The notes beneath the pieces are model-generated. The model saw only the letters and a program-made list of their open reading frames with translations, did no database searches and had not been told where the DNA came from. A program made the translations under genes and the position numbers. A stretch of DNA of 48,399 nt, from NCBI GenBank assembly GCA_041174325.1, contig JBEDHB010000001.1, forward strand, positions 1 through 48,399. The letters run 5' to 3'. This document shows, piece by piece, positions 10,834 through 20,084 of the stretch; positions within the stretch are counted from its first letter, which is position 1; every line of letters starts with the position of its first letter. The DNA comes from Pseudomonadota bacterium. Lineage in GTDB: Bacteria; Pseudomonadota; Gammaproteobacteria; Burkholderiales; Burkholderiaceae.

Positions 10834-12272
10834 TGCGAGTGATGAACCTCAATCTTTTCTCAGCCTGGCGCCGGATCTCGCCACGGTTCATGCCATTCTC
10901 CGATGTGGCAACCAAGAATTTGCCATTAAGTAAATGGTTACGTTTGGCATTGTTCCAAGTATCGGTGGGTATGGCGACGGTGATGCTGATTGGTACCCTC
11001 AATCGCGTCATGATTGTGGAGATGGGAGTGCCTGCAAGCCTGGTTGCGCTGATGGTAGCCCTACCGTTATTGTTTTCTCCATTTCGCGCACTGGTGGGAT
11101 TTAAAAGTGATCACCACCGCTCGTTCTTAGGATGGAAGCGCGTTCCCTATATTTGGTTAGGAAGTTGGTTGCAATTTGGCGGCCTTGCCATCATGCCATT
11201 CTCCTTAATTTTATTGTCTGGCGATTCCAATTGGCCTCATTGGTTTAGTTACATTGCAGCAGCACTGGCATTTTTGTTGGTAGGCGCTGGGATGCAAATT
11301 ACCCAAACTGCAGGCTTAGCGCTCGCATCGGATTTGGCAACCCCAGCATCCCGCCCACGGGTTGTGGCTCTGATGTATGTGATGTTCTTAGTGGGTATGG
11401 TTTTCAGTAGTGTGCTGTTTGGACTGTTGCTGAGTAATTTTTCACCACTGCGCTTAATCCAAGTGGTGCAGGGTGCAGCTGCTCTCACGATGGTGCTTAA
11501 TCTGATGGCCCTTTGGAAACAAGAGGCACGACAACCGAAGACCAAGGAGCAACTCAATCAAGAGCCGATGACTCGGTTTAAAGAGTCTTGGAATCAATTT
11601 GCCAAGCAAGACAAAGTGATTCGATTTTTAGTTGCGCTAGGGATGGGAACCGCAGCCTTTAGCATGCAAGATATCATCTTAGAGCCCTATGGAGCCGAAG
11701 TGCTTCACTTGTCAGTGAGCGCCACCACCTTGTTAACAGGCCTGACCTCGATCGGGGCTTTATTGGCATTTATGGTGGCTGCCAAGGTCTTAAATCGTCA
11801 AATTGACTCACATCGCTTAGCTGCGATTGGAGCTCTCTGCGGGATCTTTGCCTTTACTTGCGTCATCTTCTCTGAGCCATTACTGGCGCCTAATTTATTT
11901 CGGGTCGGCGCATTCTTAATTGGTTTTGGTGGGGGATTGTTTGCCGTTAGCACCCTCGCAACTGCCATGAGTTTTGATTCCTTAGGCATGAATGGTCTGG
12001 TTATTGGTGCCTGGGGTGCAGTGAGCGCTAGCGCAGCTGGTCTAGCGATTGGACTCGGTGGGGTGATTCGGGATGTGGTTTCGACCTTAGCCGTATCTGG
12101 GTCGCTCGGGTCCGTTTTGGTCTCACCTGGAACGGGGTATAGCTTTGTGTATCACATTGAACTGTTTTTGTTGTTTGCAACCTTAGTTGCGATTGGTCCT
12201 TTGGTCATGATGAAACGTCCAAAGCCAGCGCTGTCAGATTCGAAGTTTGGATTAGCAGAGTTTCCAAGCTAA
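10830..12272 (+). CDS. lhaA: LH1 assembly protein LhaA (PucC/BCD-family MFS)
   Basis: LRLALFQVSVGMATVMLIGTLNRVMIVE, QDIILEPYG, about 12 TM segments, KFGLAEFP end. Sits between bchM and puhA. Confidence 0.93.
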   Translation: MMRVMNLNLFSAWRRISPRFMPFSDVATKNLPLSKWLRLALFQVSVGMATVMLIGTLNRVMIVEMGVPASLVALMVALPLLFSPFRALVGFKSDHHRSFLGWKRVPYIWLGSWLQFGGLAIMPFSLILLSGDSNWPHWFSYIAAALAFLLVGAGMQITQTAGLALASDLATPASRPRVVALMYVMFLVGMVFSSVLFGLLLSNFSPLRLIQVVQGAAALTMVLNLMALWKQEARQPKTKEQLNQEPMTRFKESWNQFAKQDKVIRFLVALGMGTAAFSMQDIILEPYGAEVLHLSVSATTLLTGLTSIGALLAFMVAAKVLNRQIDSHRLAAIGALCGIFAFTCVIFSEPLLAPNLFRVGAFLIGFGGGLFAVSTLATAMSFDSLGMNGLVIGAWGAVSASAAGLAIGLGGVIRDVVSTLAVSGSLGSVLVSPGTGYSFVYHIELFLLFATLVAIGPLVMMKRPKPALSDSKFGLAEFPS

Positions 12273-12298
12273 TTCATTGTTAAAGAGGGGAGTACGTT

Positions 12299-13069
12299 AT
12301 GGGAACTGGAGCAATTACACAATACGTGGATGTCGCGCAATTAGCCTTATATGCATTTTGGGTTTTCTTTGCCATCTTAGTTTATTACCTCACCATTGAG
12401 AGTAAACGCGAGGGATTTCCTCTTGAGTACGATCAAGCTGGTAAGGTGCGTCGTGCCGAAGGAATTGCGGCGATGCCCAAGCCAAAAACCTTTAAGACCC
12501 AATTCGGTGGCGATGTCACAGTCCCCCGTGATGAGCCTTTAGAGCGTTTGGCTGCGAGACCGGCCAATGGAATGAATGGCGCACCGATTGAGCCAACTGG
12601 CAACCCAATGGTCGATGGAATTGGCCCAGGTGCGTATGCCAATCGTGCTGATGTGCCCGATCATATGCCAGAAGGTGGCCCTCGCATCGTGCCGATGCGT
12701 TTACTAAATGACTTTAGTGTGGCTAGGCAAGATATTGATCCGCGCGGTCTGAATGTAGTGGGTGCCGACGGCGTCCGTGGTGGAACCATTAAAGAGATTT
12801 GGGTTGATCGACTTGAGATGATGATTCGGTATTTAGAGCTCGAGACCACCCCTGAAGCAGGTGCGCATCGCGTGCTGTTACCCATGAACTTTGCCCGTGT
12901 GGGCCGCAATCAGGTGTCTGTAAAAGCGGTGCTAGGTAAGCATTTTGCAAAAGTACCAGCTACGAAGAGCATGGAACAGATTACCTTGCTCGAAGAAGAA
13001 AAAATCATGGCGTACTTTGGGGCAGGTACCTTGTATGCCACTCCTGAGCGCAGTGAGCCATTGGTGTAA
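12299..13069 (+). CDS. puhA: Photosynthetic reaction centre H subunit
   Basis: MGTGAITQYVDVAQLALYAFWVFF, ESKREGFPL, PTGNPMVDGIGPG, QITLLEEEKIMAYFGAGTLYA. RBS GAGGGGAG. Confidence 0.97.
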   Translation: MGTGAITQYVDVAQLALYAFWVFFAILVYYLTIESKREGFPLEYDQAGKVRRAEGIAAMPKPKTFKTQFGGDVTVPRDEPLERLAARPANGMNGAPIEPTGNPMVDGIGPGAYANRADVPDHMPEGGPRIVPMRLLNDFSVARQDIDPRGLNVVGADGVRGGTIKEIWVDRLEMMIRYLELETTPEAGAHRVLLPMNFARVGRNQVSVKAVLGKHFAKVPATKSMEQITLLEEEKIMAYFGAGTLYATPERSEPLV

Positions 13070-13770
13070 TGGGAATGAGTACCATCTACCAATCTCCTGA
13101 GCATGAGTTCGAGGCACAGCCCGGATTACCGGAGCCTTTGCCTCAGGATGAGCGCATTCTTTGGCAAGGAAAGCCGGACCTCAAATCATTTGCACTGCAC
13201 GCGGCACATTTGCAATGGTTCGCACTTTACTTTTCTGCTTTGGTCGTTCTCAAGGCCATCGCAATTAGTCGATCTGCAGGCGGCTGGGTTGAAGAATGGC
13301 CTGGCTTTGCTTGGGCTTTGGGGCTGTCTCTCTGTGCATTGACTTTGTTGGCCTTGCTCACCTATTGGTCGGTAAATGCAACGATGTACACCTTAACCAA
13401 TCGGCGTCTTGTAATGCGTATTGGGATTGTGCTAACCATTACATTTAATTTACCCCTCAAACGTTTGACTCAAGCAGGCATTCATATTTATCCAGACGGT
13501 AGTGCGGATATCCCCATCAAGCTCAATGCAGACGACAAAATCCCGTTCTTGCATTTGTGGCCACATGCCCGTGCCTGGAAGTTAGCCCATCCCGAACCCA
13601 TGATACGTTGCGTACCCGATGGTGCAAAAGTAGCCAAATTAATTGCGGATACTTGGGCAACAATAAATCAGGTTGAGTTGCGTTCCCAGCCAATGAGTCA
13701 GCCTGAGTCACCTGCCAGCTCATTTGGGCAGAGTATGGCGATTGCAAAGGTTTCTCAATCGCGCACATGA
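13069..13770 (+). CDS. puhB: Photosynthetic complex assembly protein PuhB
   Basis: HEFEAQPGLPEPLPQDERILWQGKP, YTLTNRRLVMRIGIVL, LWPHARAWKL…PEPMIRC. Confidence 0.93.
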   Translation: MGMSTIYQSPEHEFEAQPGLPEPLPQDERILWQGKPDLKSFALHAAHLQWFALYFSALVVLKAIAISRSAGGWVEEWPGFAWALGLSLCALTLLALLTYWSVNATMYTLTNRRLVMRIGIVLTITFNLPLKRLTQAGIHIYPDGSADIPIKLNADDKIPFLHLWPHARAWKLAHPEPMIRCVPDGAKVAKLIADTWATINQVELRSQPMSQPESPASSFGQSMAIAKVSQSRT

Positions 13771-14222
13771 GCCACTCATCGTCACCCCTCTTAAGCAAAA
13801 CAACTGTTCTGGTGCTTGCACTCGGAGTAGTTGCCGTGTTTGCTGCTTGGGTCATCCAAGAGTCTCGGCAGATCGCGCGGTATCCTGATGCGCCTGCAAC
13901 GCTCATCAAGCAACTCCGGTTTGAAGATCGTGCCGACGGATCAATTGCGGTAGTTGATTATCAAACCAAGCAGCAAGTCGATGTGATTATTGGGGAGGCT
14001 GGTTTTGTGCGTGGAGCATTACGGACCTTGGCGCAAGAGCGCAAGCGTCGTGAGATCAGCAGCGAGCCCCCTTTCGAGTTAATTGCCCGTCAAGATGGGC
14101 GCTTAACCCTTGCCGACCCCAGTACAGGACGCATGATTGATTTGGAGTCCTTTGGGGCTATTAATTCGCAGCATTTTGCACGCCTTCTTCGGGCGGATGT
14201 AAATCAAATCCAACAACGTTGA
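13767..14222 (+). CDS. puhC: Photosynthetic complex assembly protein PuhC
   Basis: N-terminal TM segment, LRFEDRADGSIAV, GFVRGALRTLAQER, GRLTLADPSTGRMIDLESFG. Confidence 0.92.
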   Translation: MSHSSSPLLSKTTVLVLALGVVAVFAAWVIQESRQIARYPDAPATLIKQLRFEDRADGSIAVVDYQTKQQVDVIIGEAGFVRGALRTLAQERKRREISSEPPFELIARQDGRLTLADPSTGRMIDLESFGAINSQHFARLLRADVNQIQQR

Positions 14223-14239
14223 TATTGGAGAAAGAATAT

Positions 14240-15328
14240 ATGGAATCCGCAGAAAGCCTATTACGAGACCAGATTCCGGCGGCCCCGCAAATTAATGATT
14301 CAACGAAGAAGGCATTGCAAGATGCCATGTTGAGTCCACGGTTTTACACCACCGACTTTGCCGAAGTGGATCGGACCAACATTGATGCCTTGCGTTCCGA
14401 ATGGAATGTTCTGATGGCCGAGTTTGAGGCCGATATCAATTCAGATCACTTTCAGCGACCTGCTGATATGAGTAAGAACTACTCGAATGTTGACCCAGAA
14501 CTTTATGATGAGTTTGTTGATTTCTTGATTAGCTCGATTACCTCGGAGTTTTCGGGATGCATTTTGTATGCTGAGATCAAGCGTAAGGTGAAGAACGAGG
14601 ATATGAAGTTGCTCTATGGTTATATGGCTCGTGATGAGTCGCGCCATGCGGGTTTTATTAATCAGTGGTTAAAAGATTTTGATATCGGAATTGATCTTGG
14701 TTTCTTGGCGAAAGCTAAAAAATACACGTATTTCAGGCCCAAGTTTATTTACTACGCGACCTACCTCTCCGAGAAGATTGGGTATGCAAGGTACATCACG
14801 ATCTTTCGTGAGCTTGAGAAAAAACCTGAACTCCGTTTTCACCCGATCTTCTTGTGGTTTGAGAGATGGTGTAACGATGAGTTTCGTCATGGTGAGGCCT
14901 TTGCATTAATCATGCGTGCTAATCCCCATTTATTAACAGGACTTAATAAGTACTGGATTCGGTTTTTCTGCCTAGCGGTCTACAGCACGATGTATGTTCG
15001 CGATCATTCAAGACCACAGCTGTATAAAGCAATGCAAATCTCACCCACTGACTATGACAAAAAGGTCTTGCGGATTACCAATGAGATTACCAAGCAGGTA
15101 TTTCCGATCACCTTGAACTTGGATGATCCACGGTTTTATGAGTGCATGAACCACATGTTGGCCTTATTCCAAAAAATGGATGTGTATAAGGCCCGTGGAG
15201 GACTCTTGGCTAAAGTTATGGTGCCGCTCTTAGGTGTACGCGCTGGTTTAGTCTTTGCCCGAGCCTATTTCTTGCCTGTGCATAACCACGAGTTACCCCG
15301 TAATGTTCGTTTGGTTCCAAGCTGGTAA
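14240..15328 (+). CDS. acsF: Aerobic Mg-protoporphyrin IX monomethyl ester oxidative cyclase
   Basis: LSPRFYTTDF, di-iron motifs SEFSG, RDESRHAGF, YLSEKIGYARYI, CNDEFRHGE. ATG 14240 follows GGAG; the ORF track starts at 14219. Confidence 0.95.
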   Translation: MESAESLLRDQIPAAPQINDSTKKALQDAMLSPRFYTTDFAEVDRTNIDALRSEWNVLMAEFEADINSDHFQRPADMSKNYSNVDPELYDEFVDFLISSITSEFSGCILYAEIKRKVKNEDMKLLYGYMARDESRHAGFINQWLKDFDIGIDLGFLAKAKKYTYFRPKFIYYATYLSEKIGYARYITIFRELEKKPELRFHPIFLWFERWCNDEFRHGEAFALIMRANPHLLTGLNKYWIRFFCLAVYSTMYVRDHSRPQLYKAMQISPTDYDKKVLRITNEITKQVFPITLNLDDPRFYECMNHMLALFQKMDVYKARGGLLAKVMVPLLGVRAGLVFARAYFLPVHNHELPRNVRLVPSW

Positions 15329-15334
15329 CGAACG

Positions 15335-16096
15335 ATGAGCGCGAGTAGCTTTCTATTTCCGATGCTGTACACCATCTTTTTATGGTGGTTTGGCACGGGA
15401 ATCATTTTGTTGCTCAATCAGCGTCCGCGCTCGACCCATCAGGCGACCTTTTGGATGAGCGGTATGGTTTTGCTGTTTGCCTTAGTTGGTCTGAAGACCA
15501 GTGCTAATCTCAATACGGTAGCTGGGGCTTATTGCGGTTTCACTTGTGCTTTGTTAGTTTGGGCTTGGCAAGAAATTGGATTCTTATTAGGGTATGTCAC
15601 CGGTTCCAGACGTACTCCATGCCCGCCGGATTGCAAGGGTGTGCGCAAGGCCTTTTATGCGTTTCAGACCATCTCCCATCATGAGTTGGCCCTGATCGTT
15701 CTGGGAATTGCAGTAGCAATCGCTACTTGGGGTGGCAGTAATTTAGTGGGTTTATGGACCTTCCTGATCCTCTGGGCGATGCGGCAAAGTGCCAAACTCA
15801 ATGTGTTCTTGGGAGTTTTAAATCTGAACGAGAAGTTCTTGCCCGTGCATCTTCAGTACATGCATAGCTACTTTACCAAGCGGGCGATGAACCCCTTGTT
15901 GCCGATCTCGATTCTCTTGGCGTGTTTGGTGGCATTACCCCTTTGGCAACACGCATTTGCCATCAATGCCAGCGCGTATCAAATTGCATCGTCGACCATT
16001 TTGGCGACCTTGCTCTCACTTGCCATCCTTGAGCACATCATGATGGTCTTACCATTTTCAACCGACGGATTGTGGAAATGGGGACTTCGGTCTTAA
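15335..16096 (+). CDS. puhE: Photosynthetic complex assembly protein PuhE
   Basis: FLWWFGTGIILLL, LLVWAWQEIGFLLGYVTG, RQSAKLNVFLGV, LAILEH, LWKW. Confidence 0.9.
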   Translation: MSASSFLFPMLYTIFLWWFGTGIILLLNQRPRSTHQATFWMSGMVLLFALVGLKTSANLNTVAGAYCGFTCALLVWAWQEIGFLLGYVTGSRRTPCPPDCKGVRKAFYAFQTISHHELALIVLGIAVAIATWGGSNLVGLWTFLILWAMRQSAKLNVFLGVLNLNEKFLPVHLQYMHSYFTKRAMNPLLPISILLACLVALPLWQHAFAINASAYQIASSTILATLLSLAILEHIMMVLPFSTDGLWKWGLRS

Positions 16097-16980
16097 ACCA
16101 ATCTTCTCAACGGTCTTGGCCAACTCCACTTGCAATCTTGGAGTTGCTAAAGCCCATTACATGGTTTCCGCCCATGTGGGCATTTGCTTGCGGGGTCATA
16201 GCAACTGGTATTGCGATTACTGAGCGGTGGCAGGTCTTATTGGCCGGTGTGCTATTGGCTGGTCCGATGGTGTGCGCAACTAGCCAGGCGATTAATGATT
16301 GGTTTGATCGGCATGTCGATGCGATTAATGAGCCCAATCGCCCGATTCCATCAGGGCGTATGCCTGGACGCTGGGGTTTATACATCGCTATTGTTTGGAC
16401 CGGTCTATCGCTTCTCGTGGGTTGGTGGATTAGTCCCTGGGCATTTGTTGCCACCTTGATTGGTCTCTTTTTAGCTTGGGCCTACAGTGCACCCCCTATG
16501 CGCCTTAAGCAAAATGGCTGGTGGGGCAATGCAGCGTGCGGATTATCGTATGAAGGCCTTGCATGGTTTACCGGTTCTGCAGTGATGTTGGGAGACGTGT
16601 TTCCTTCAACCGCATCGATCATTTTGGCTCTGCTTTATAGCATTGGTGCGCATGGCATCATGACCTTAAATGACTTCAAGGCCATCGAGGGCGATCGCCA
16701 AATGGGTGTGCGTTCATTGCCCGTGCAATTAGGTATAAATGGGGCGGCTTGGAATGCGTGTTTGATGATGATCGTTCCACAATACCTGGTGGTGGGATTC
16801 TTGTACTGGCATGGCAGCTCATTTCATGCCTTAGCTATTTTGGTCTTAATCATTGCGCAATTGCTGATGATGAAGTACTTCTTGGAAGATCCCATCAAGC
16901 GCGCTTTATTCCTAAGTGGCTTTGGTGTCCCACTGTTTGTGAGTGGCATGATGATTAGTGCCTTTGCGGTGGGTCGATAG
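16072..16980 (+). CDS. bchG: Bacteriochlorophyll synthase
   Basis: LELLKPITWFPPMWAF, NDWFDRHVDAINEPNRPIPSGR, GAHGIMTLNDFKAIEGD. Start could be 16072 or 16078. Confidence 0.96.
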   Translation: MEMGTSVLNQSSQRSWPTPLAILELLKPITWFPPMWAFACGVIATGIAITERWQVLLAGVLLAGPMVCATSQAINDWFDRHVDAINEPNRPIPSGRMPGRWGLYIAIVWTGLSLLVGWWISPWAFVATLIGLFLAWAYSAPPMRLKQNGWWGNAACGLSYEGLAWFTGSAVMLGDVFPSTASIILALLYSIGAHGIMTLNDFKAIEGDRQMGVRSLPVQLGINGAAWNACLMMIVPQYLVVGFLYWHGSSFHALAILVLIIAQLLMMKYFLEDPIKRALFLSGFGVPLFVSGMMISAFAVGR

Positions 16981-16981
16981 G

Positions 16982-18340
16982 ATGACACCAAATACAACCA
17001 CTCTCAATTGGTTTGGAATCGCTCGCCTAGGTTTTGTGCAAGCCTCCTTGGGAGCAGTCGTGGTCCTGACCACATCGGTTTTGAACCGAGTAATGGTCAT
17101 TGAGCTCGCGCTCCCCGCCTTATTACCCGGATTGTTGGTAGCGATGCATTATCTGGTGCAATTTATTCGACCCCGCATGGGTTTTGGATCGGATCGTAGT
17201 GGCCGTTCAACGCCATGGATTCAGGGTGGCATGTTGATTTTAGCTAGTGGCGGAGTGTTGGCAGCGAGTGCTGTCGCTTTGATGAGTCGCGATGTCAGTT
17301 GGGGCATTGGCTTAGCTTTCTTTGCATTCATGATGATTGGCTTGGGGGTCAGTGCGAGCGGTACCTCTTTACTTGTCCTTTTAGCCAAACGCGTGGATGA
17401 AAAGCGTAAGGGCGCCGCTGCAAGTTGTGTCTGGCTCATGATGATTTTTGGCTTTGCCATGACAGCGGGGATTAGCGGAAAACTACTTGACCCATTTTCC
17501 TTTGAACGCCTCATCATGGTTTCACTTGGCGTGTCGTGTTTAGCCTTAGTCGTCAGCTTCATTGCGTTGCATGGATTAGAGCCTAAATCCTTGGCGCAAG
17601 CCGCACAAAATGCTAATGAGCCCAAACTACGCTTTAAAGAGGCCCTGGCCGAAGTGTGGCAAGAGTCGCGGGTGCGGCGCTTTACCGTATTCGTCTTTAT
17701 TTCGATGTTGGCATATAGCTCACAAGATCTAATCTTAGAACCATTTGCAGGCACTGCGTTTGGTTTAACGCCTGGAGAAACAACGAGCCTATCAGGCCTT
17801 CAGCATGCGGGCGTGCTTTGCGGCATGCTGCTGTGTGGATTTATTACGAGCAGAAGTAAGAATCCCAATTTATCTTCTTTGCGGATGTGGACTGTTGGGG
17901 GTTGTATCGCTTCATCACTTGCCATGTTGAGTTTGGTAATGTCTGGATTGGTTGGCCCCGGTTGGCCATTCTTTAGCACGGTATTTATATTAGGCGTATC
18001 CAACGGCGCGTTTTCAATCGCTGCGATTGGGTCCATGATGCAATTTGCTGGTATGGGTAAGGAGCGTCGTGAGGGTGTGCGAATGGGTGTTTGGGGCGCA
18101 GCTCAAGCGATTGCCTTTGGTCTAGGTGGCATTTTAGGAACTGGAGCAAGCGATCTAGCGCGTTATCTATTAGGTGATCCAGTGACCGCCTACGCGAGTG
18201 TCTTCTTCATTGAGGCTATTTTGTTTATGGCCGCTGCAATCCTGTCGTTTTATATCCGACCCATTGAACGAATTACCAAAACCCAGCCTATTGAATCATC
18301 AATCCCTCGTCAGTTTATTTCCCATGGAGGATCATCATGA
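16982..18340 (+). CDS. pucC: PucC-family (BCD) MFS protein of the bchG-pucC-bchP module
   Basis: IARLGFVQASLGAVVVLTTSVLNRVMVIEL, QDLILEPFAG, GVRMGVWGAAQAIAFG. ATG 1 bp after the bchG stop. Confidence 0.88.
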   Translation: MTPNTTTLNWFGIARLGFVQASLGAVVVLTTSVLNRVMVIELALPALLPGLLVAMHYLVQFIRPRMGFGSDRSGRSTPWIQGGMLILASGGVLAASAVALMSRDVSWGIGLAFFAFMMIGLGVSASGTSLLVLLAKRVDEKRKGAAASCVWLMMIFGFAMTAGISGKLLDPFSFERLIMVSLGVSCLALVVSFIALHGLEPKSLAQAAQNANEPKLRFKEALAEVWQESRVRRFTVFVFISMLAYSSQDLILEPFAGTAFGLTPGETTSLSGLQHAGVLCGMLLCGFITSRSKNPNLSSLRMWTVGGCIASSLAMLSLVMSGLVGPGWPFFSTVFILGVSNGAFSIAAIGSMMQFAGMGKERREGVRMGVWGAAQAIAFGLGGILGTGASDLARYLLGDPVTAYASVFFIEAILFMAAAILSFYIRPIERITKTQPIESSIPRQFISHGGSS

Positions 18341-19542
18341 GTACCCTAGAAACCTTTGATGCAGTAGTCGTTGGTGGCGGACCCGCAGGGGCCACCGCTG
18401 CAGGCGATCTTGCCAAAATGGGACATACTGTTTTATTGCTCGATCGCGCAGGGCGTATCAAACCCTGTGGTGGCGCAATCCCACCGCGTCTGATTAAGGA
18501 CTTTGAGATCCCCGATGAATTATTAGTGGCTAAAGCCCGCTCAGCCCGCATGATCTCCCCCAAAAATAATCAAGTGGATATTCCCATTGAGGGTGGTTTT
18601 GTCGGAATGGTCGATCGCGATCAATTCGATGAATGGCTTCGAGTCCGAGCAGCCAATGATGGCGCCACACGTCGCACCGGTATTTTTGAGAAGATCACAC
18701 GTGACACCGATGGTACGGCTATTGTTCACTATCGCGTTCACTCAGCCAACCGATCGGAGCCAGAGAAAACTGGTGCAGTGCGAGCCAAGGCAATCATTGG
18801 TGCCGATGGGGCGAAATCAGGAGTGGGTCGCCAAGCCATCCCTGGTGCCAAAGATGTGGACTATGTGTTTGCTTATCACGAGATCGTTCGGGTTCCCGAG
18901 GCGCCTCCTCAAGGTTATGACGGATCACGTTGCGATGTGTTTTATCAAGGAACACTATCCCCCGACTTTTATGGTTGGATCTTCCCTCATGGCAATACCA
19001 TGAGTATTGGAACCGGTAGTGCGGATAAAGGGTTTTCACTCCGCAGTGCCGTGGGCCAATTAAAGAAATTGACCAATTTAGAAAATACCGAGTTATTACG
19101 TCACGAAGGTGCACCGTTGCCCATGAAGCCTCTTAAAAAATGGGATAACAATCGGGATGTGATTTTGGCTGGCGATGCGGCCGGGGTTGTTGCTCCCGCA
19201 TCGGGCGAGGGAATCTACTATGCAATGGTAGGAGGCCGCCTGGCCGCTGAATCCGTGCATGAGTTGTTGGTGACCGGGAATGTGAAGGCATTAGCCCAAG
19301 CTCGTAAGCGCTTTATGAAAGAGCATGGCACAGTCTTTTTGGTCCTTGGGATCATGCAACGCTTTTGGTACGGCAACGATAAGCGCCGTGAGCGCTTTGT
19401 CAAGATGTGCGAAGATAAAGATGTTCAACGCCTAACCTTTGAATCGTACATGCATAAGAAATTAGTTCGTAAGGACCCCATGGCACACATCAAGATTTTC
19501 TTTAAAGACATGGCACACCTTTTGGGTATGGCCAAGGTATGA
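18337..19542 (+). CDS. bchP: Geranylgeranyl diphosphate/bacteriochlorophyll reductase
   Basis: VVGGGPAGATAA, RIKPCGGAIPPRL, GDAAGVVAPASGEGIYYAM. Confidence 0.97.
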   Translation: MSTLETFDAVVVGGGPAGATAAGDLAKMGHTVLLLDRAGRIKPCGGAIPPRLIKDFEIPDELLVAKARSARMISPKNNQVDIPIEGGFVGMVDRDQFDEWLRVRAANDGATRRTGIFEKITRDTDGTAIVHYRVHSANRSEPEKTGAVRAKAIIGADGAKSGVGRQAIPGAKDVDYVFAYHEIVRVPEAPPQGYDGSRCDVFYQGTLSPDFYGWIFPHGNTMSIGTGSADKGFSLRSAVGQLKKLTNLENTELLRHEGAPLPMKPLKKWDNNRDVILAGDAAGVVAPASGEGIYYAMVGGRLAAESVHELLVTGNVKALAQARKRFMKEHGTVFLVLGIMQRFWYGNDKRRERFVKMCEDKDVQRLTFESYMHKKLVRKDPMAHIKIFFKDMAHLLGMAKV

Positions 19543-20036
19543 GTGTGGAGTGGTTTGCGCAGTATAAGCCGATCATTTTTGCTCTTGTTTGGGGTTTAGT
19601 GCTCGCATTGGCTGGGGCATGGGCCACCGATATTGGGGAGTGGTATAAAAGTCTGCAGCAGCCCTCTTGGAAACCACCCGATTGGGTATTTGGTCCGATG
19701 TGGACAACCATCTTTATTCTTGCAGGCGTCGCCTTTGTGATGGCGTATCATCGTGCTCCCAATCAAGAAACTATCCGGATGTTAGTCATCCTCTTCATTG
19801 TGAATGGCTTATTTAATTTCATCTGGAGTGTTTTGTATTTTCGGATGCAGCGACCAGACTGGGCGCTGGTTGAGGCGGTCGGACTATGGCTCTCCGTATT
19901 AGCCATCGTGCTTGCCACCCGTTCGTATTCACCCATCTCAAGCCTCTTGGTGTTGCCATACTTGGCTTGGGTCTCGGTCGCGATGCTCTTAAACTGGACA
20001 ACGATTCAATTAAACGGTCCATTCGGTCGGGGCTAA
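19539..20036 (+). CDS. tspO: TspO/CrtK tryptophan-rich sensory protein
   Basis: WYKSLQQPSWKPPDWVFGPMWT, WSVLYF, LPYLAWV; 5 TM segments. Confidence 0.93.
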   Translation: MSVEWFAQYKPIIFALVWGLVLALAGAWATDIGEWYKSLQQPSWKPPDWVFGPMWTTIFILAGVAFVMAYHRAPNQETIRMLVILFIVNGLFNFIWSVLYFRMQRPDWALVEAVGLWLSVLAIVLATRSYSPISSLLVLPYLAWVSVAMLLNWTTIQLNGPFGRG

Positions 20037-20066
20037 TAAAAAAGCCAAGCAGTACGCTTGGCTTTT
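20036..20066. terminator. Bidirectional intrinsic terminator between tspO and fccB
   Basis: AAAAGCCAAGC-agtac-GCTTGGCTTTT hairpin (20040-20066) with A and T tracts on either side. Confidence 0.8.
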
Positions 20067-20084
20067 CCTTGAGCAGGGTCTTGC

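Noticed and set aside
17221-17754. 177-aa antisense ORF inside pucC, and the many other 60-155 aa ORFs inside genes
   Set aside because: They lie wholly within well-supported genes, have no recognisable motifs or RBS, and are typical shadow ORFs.
10830-18340. Two PucC-family MFS genes as a recent duplication
   Set aside because: lhaA and the bchG-linked pucC-like gene are standard, divergent paralogues in photosynthesis clusters.
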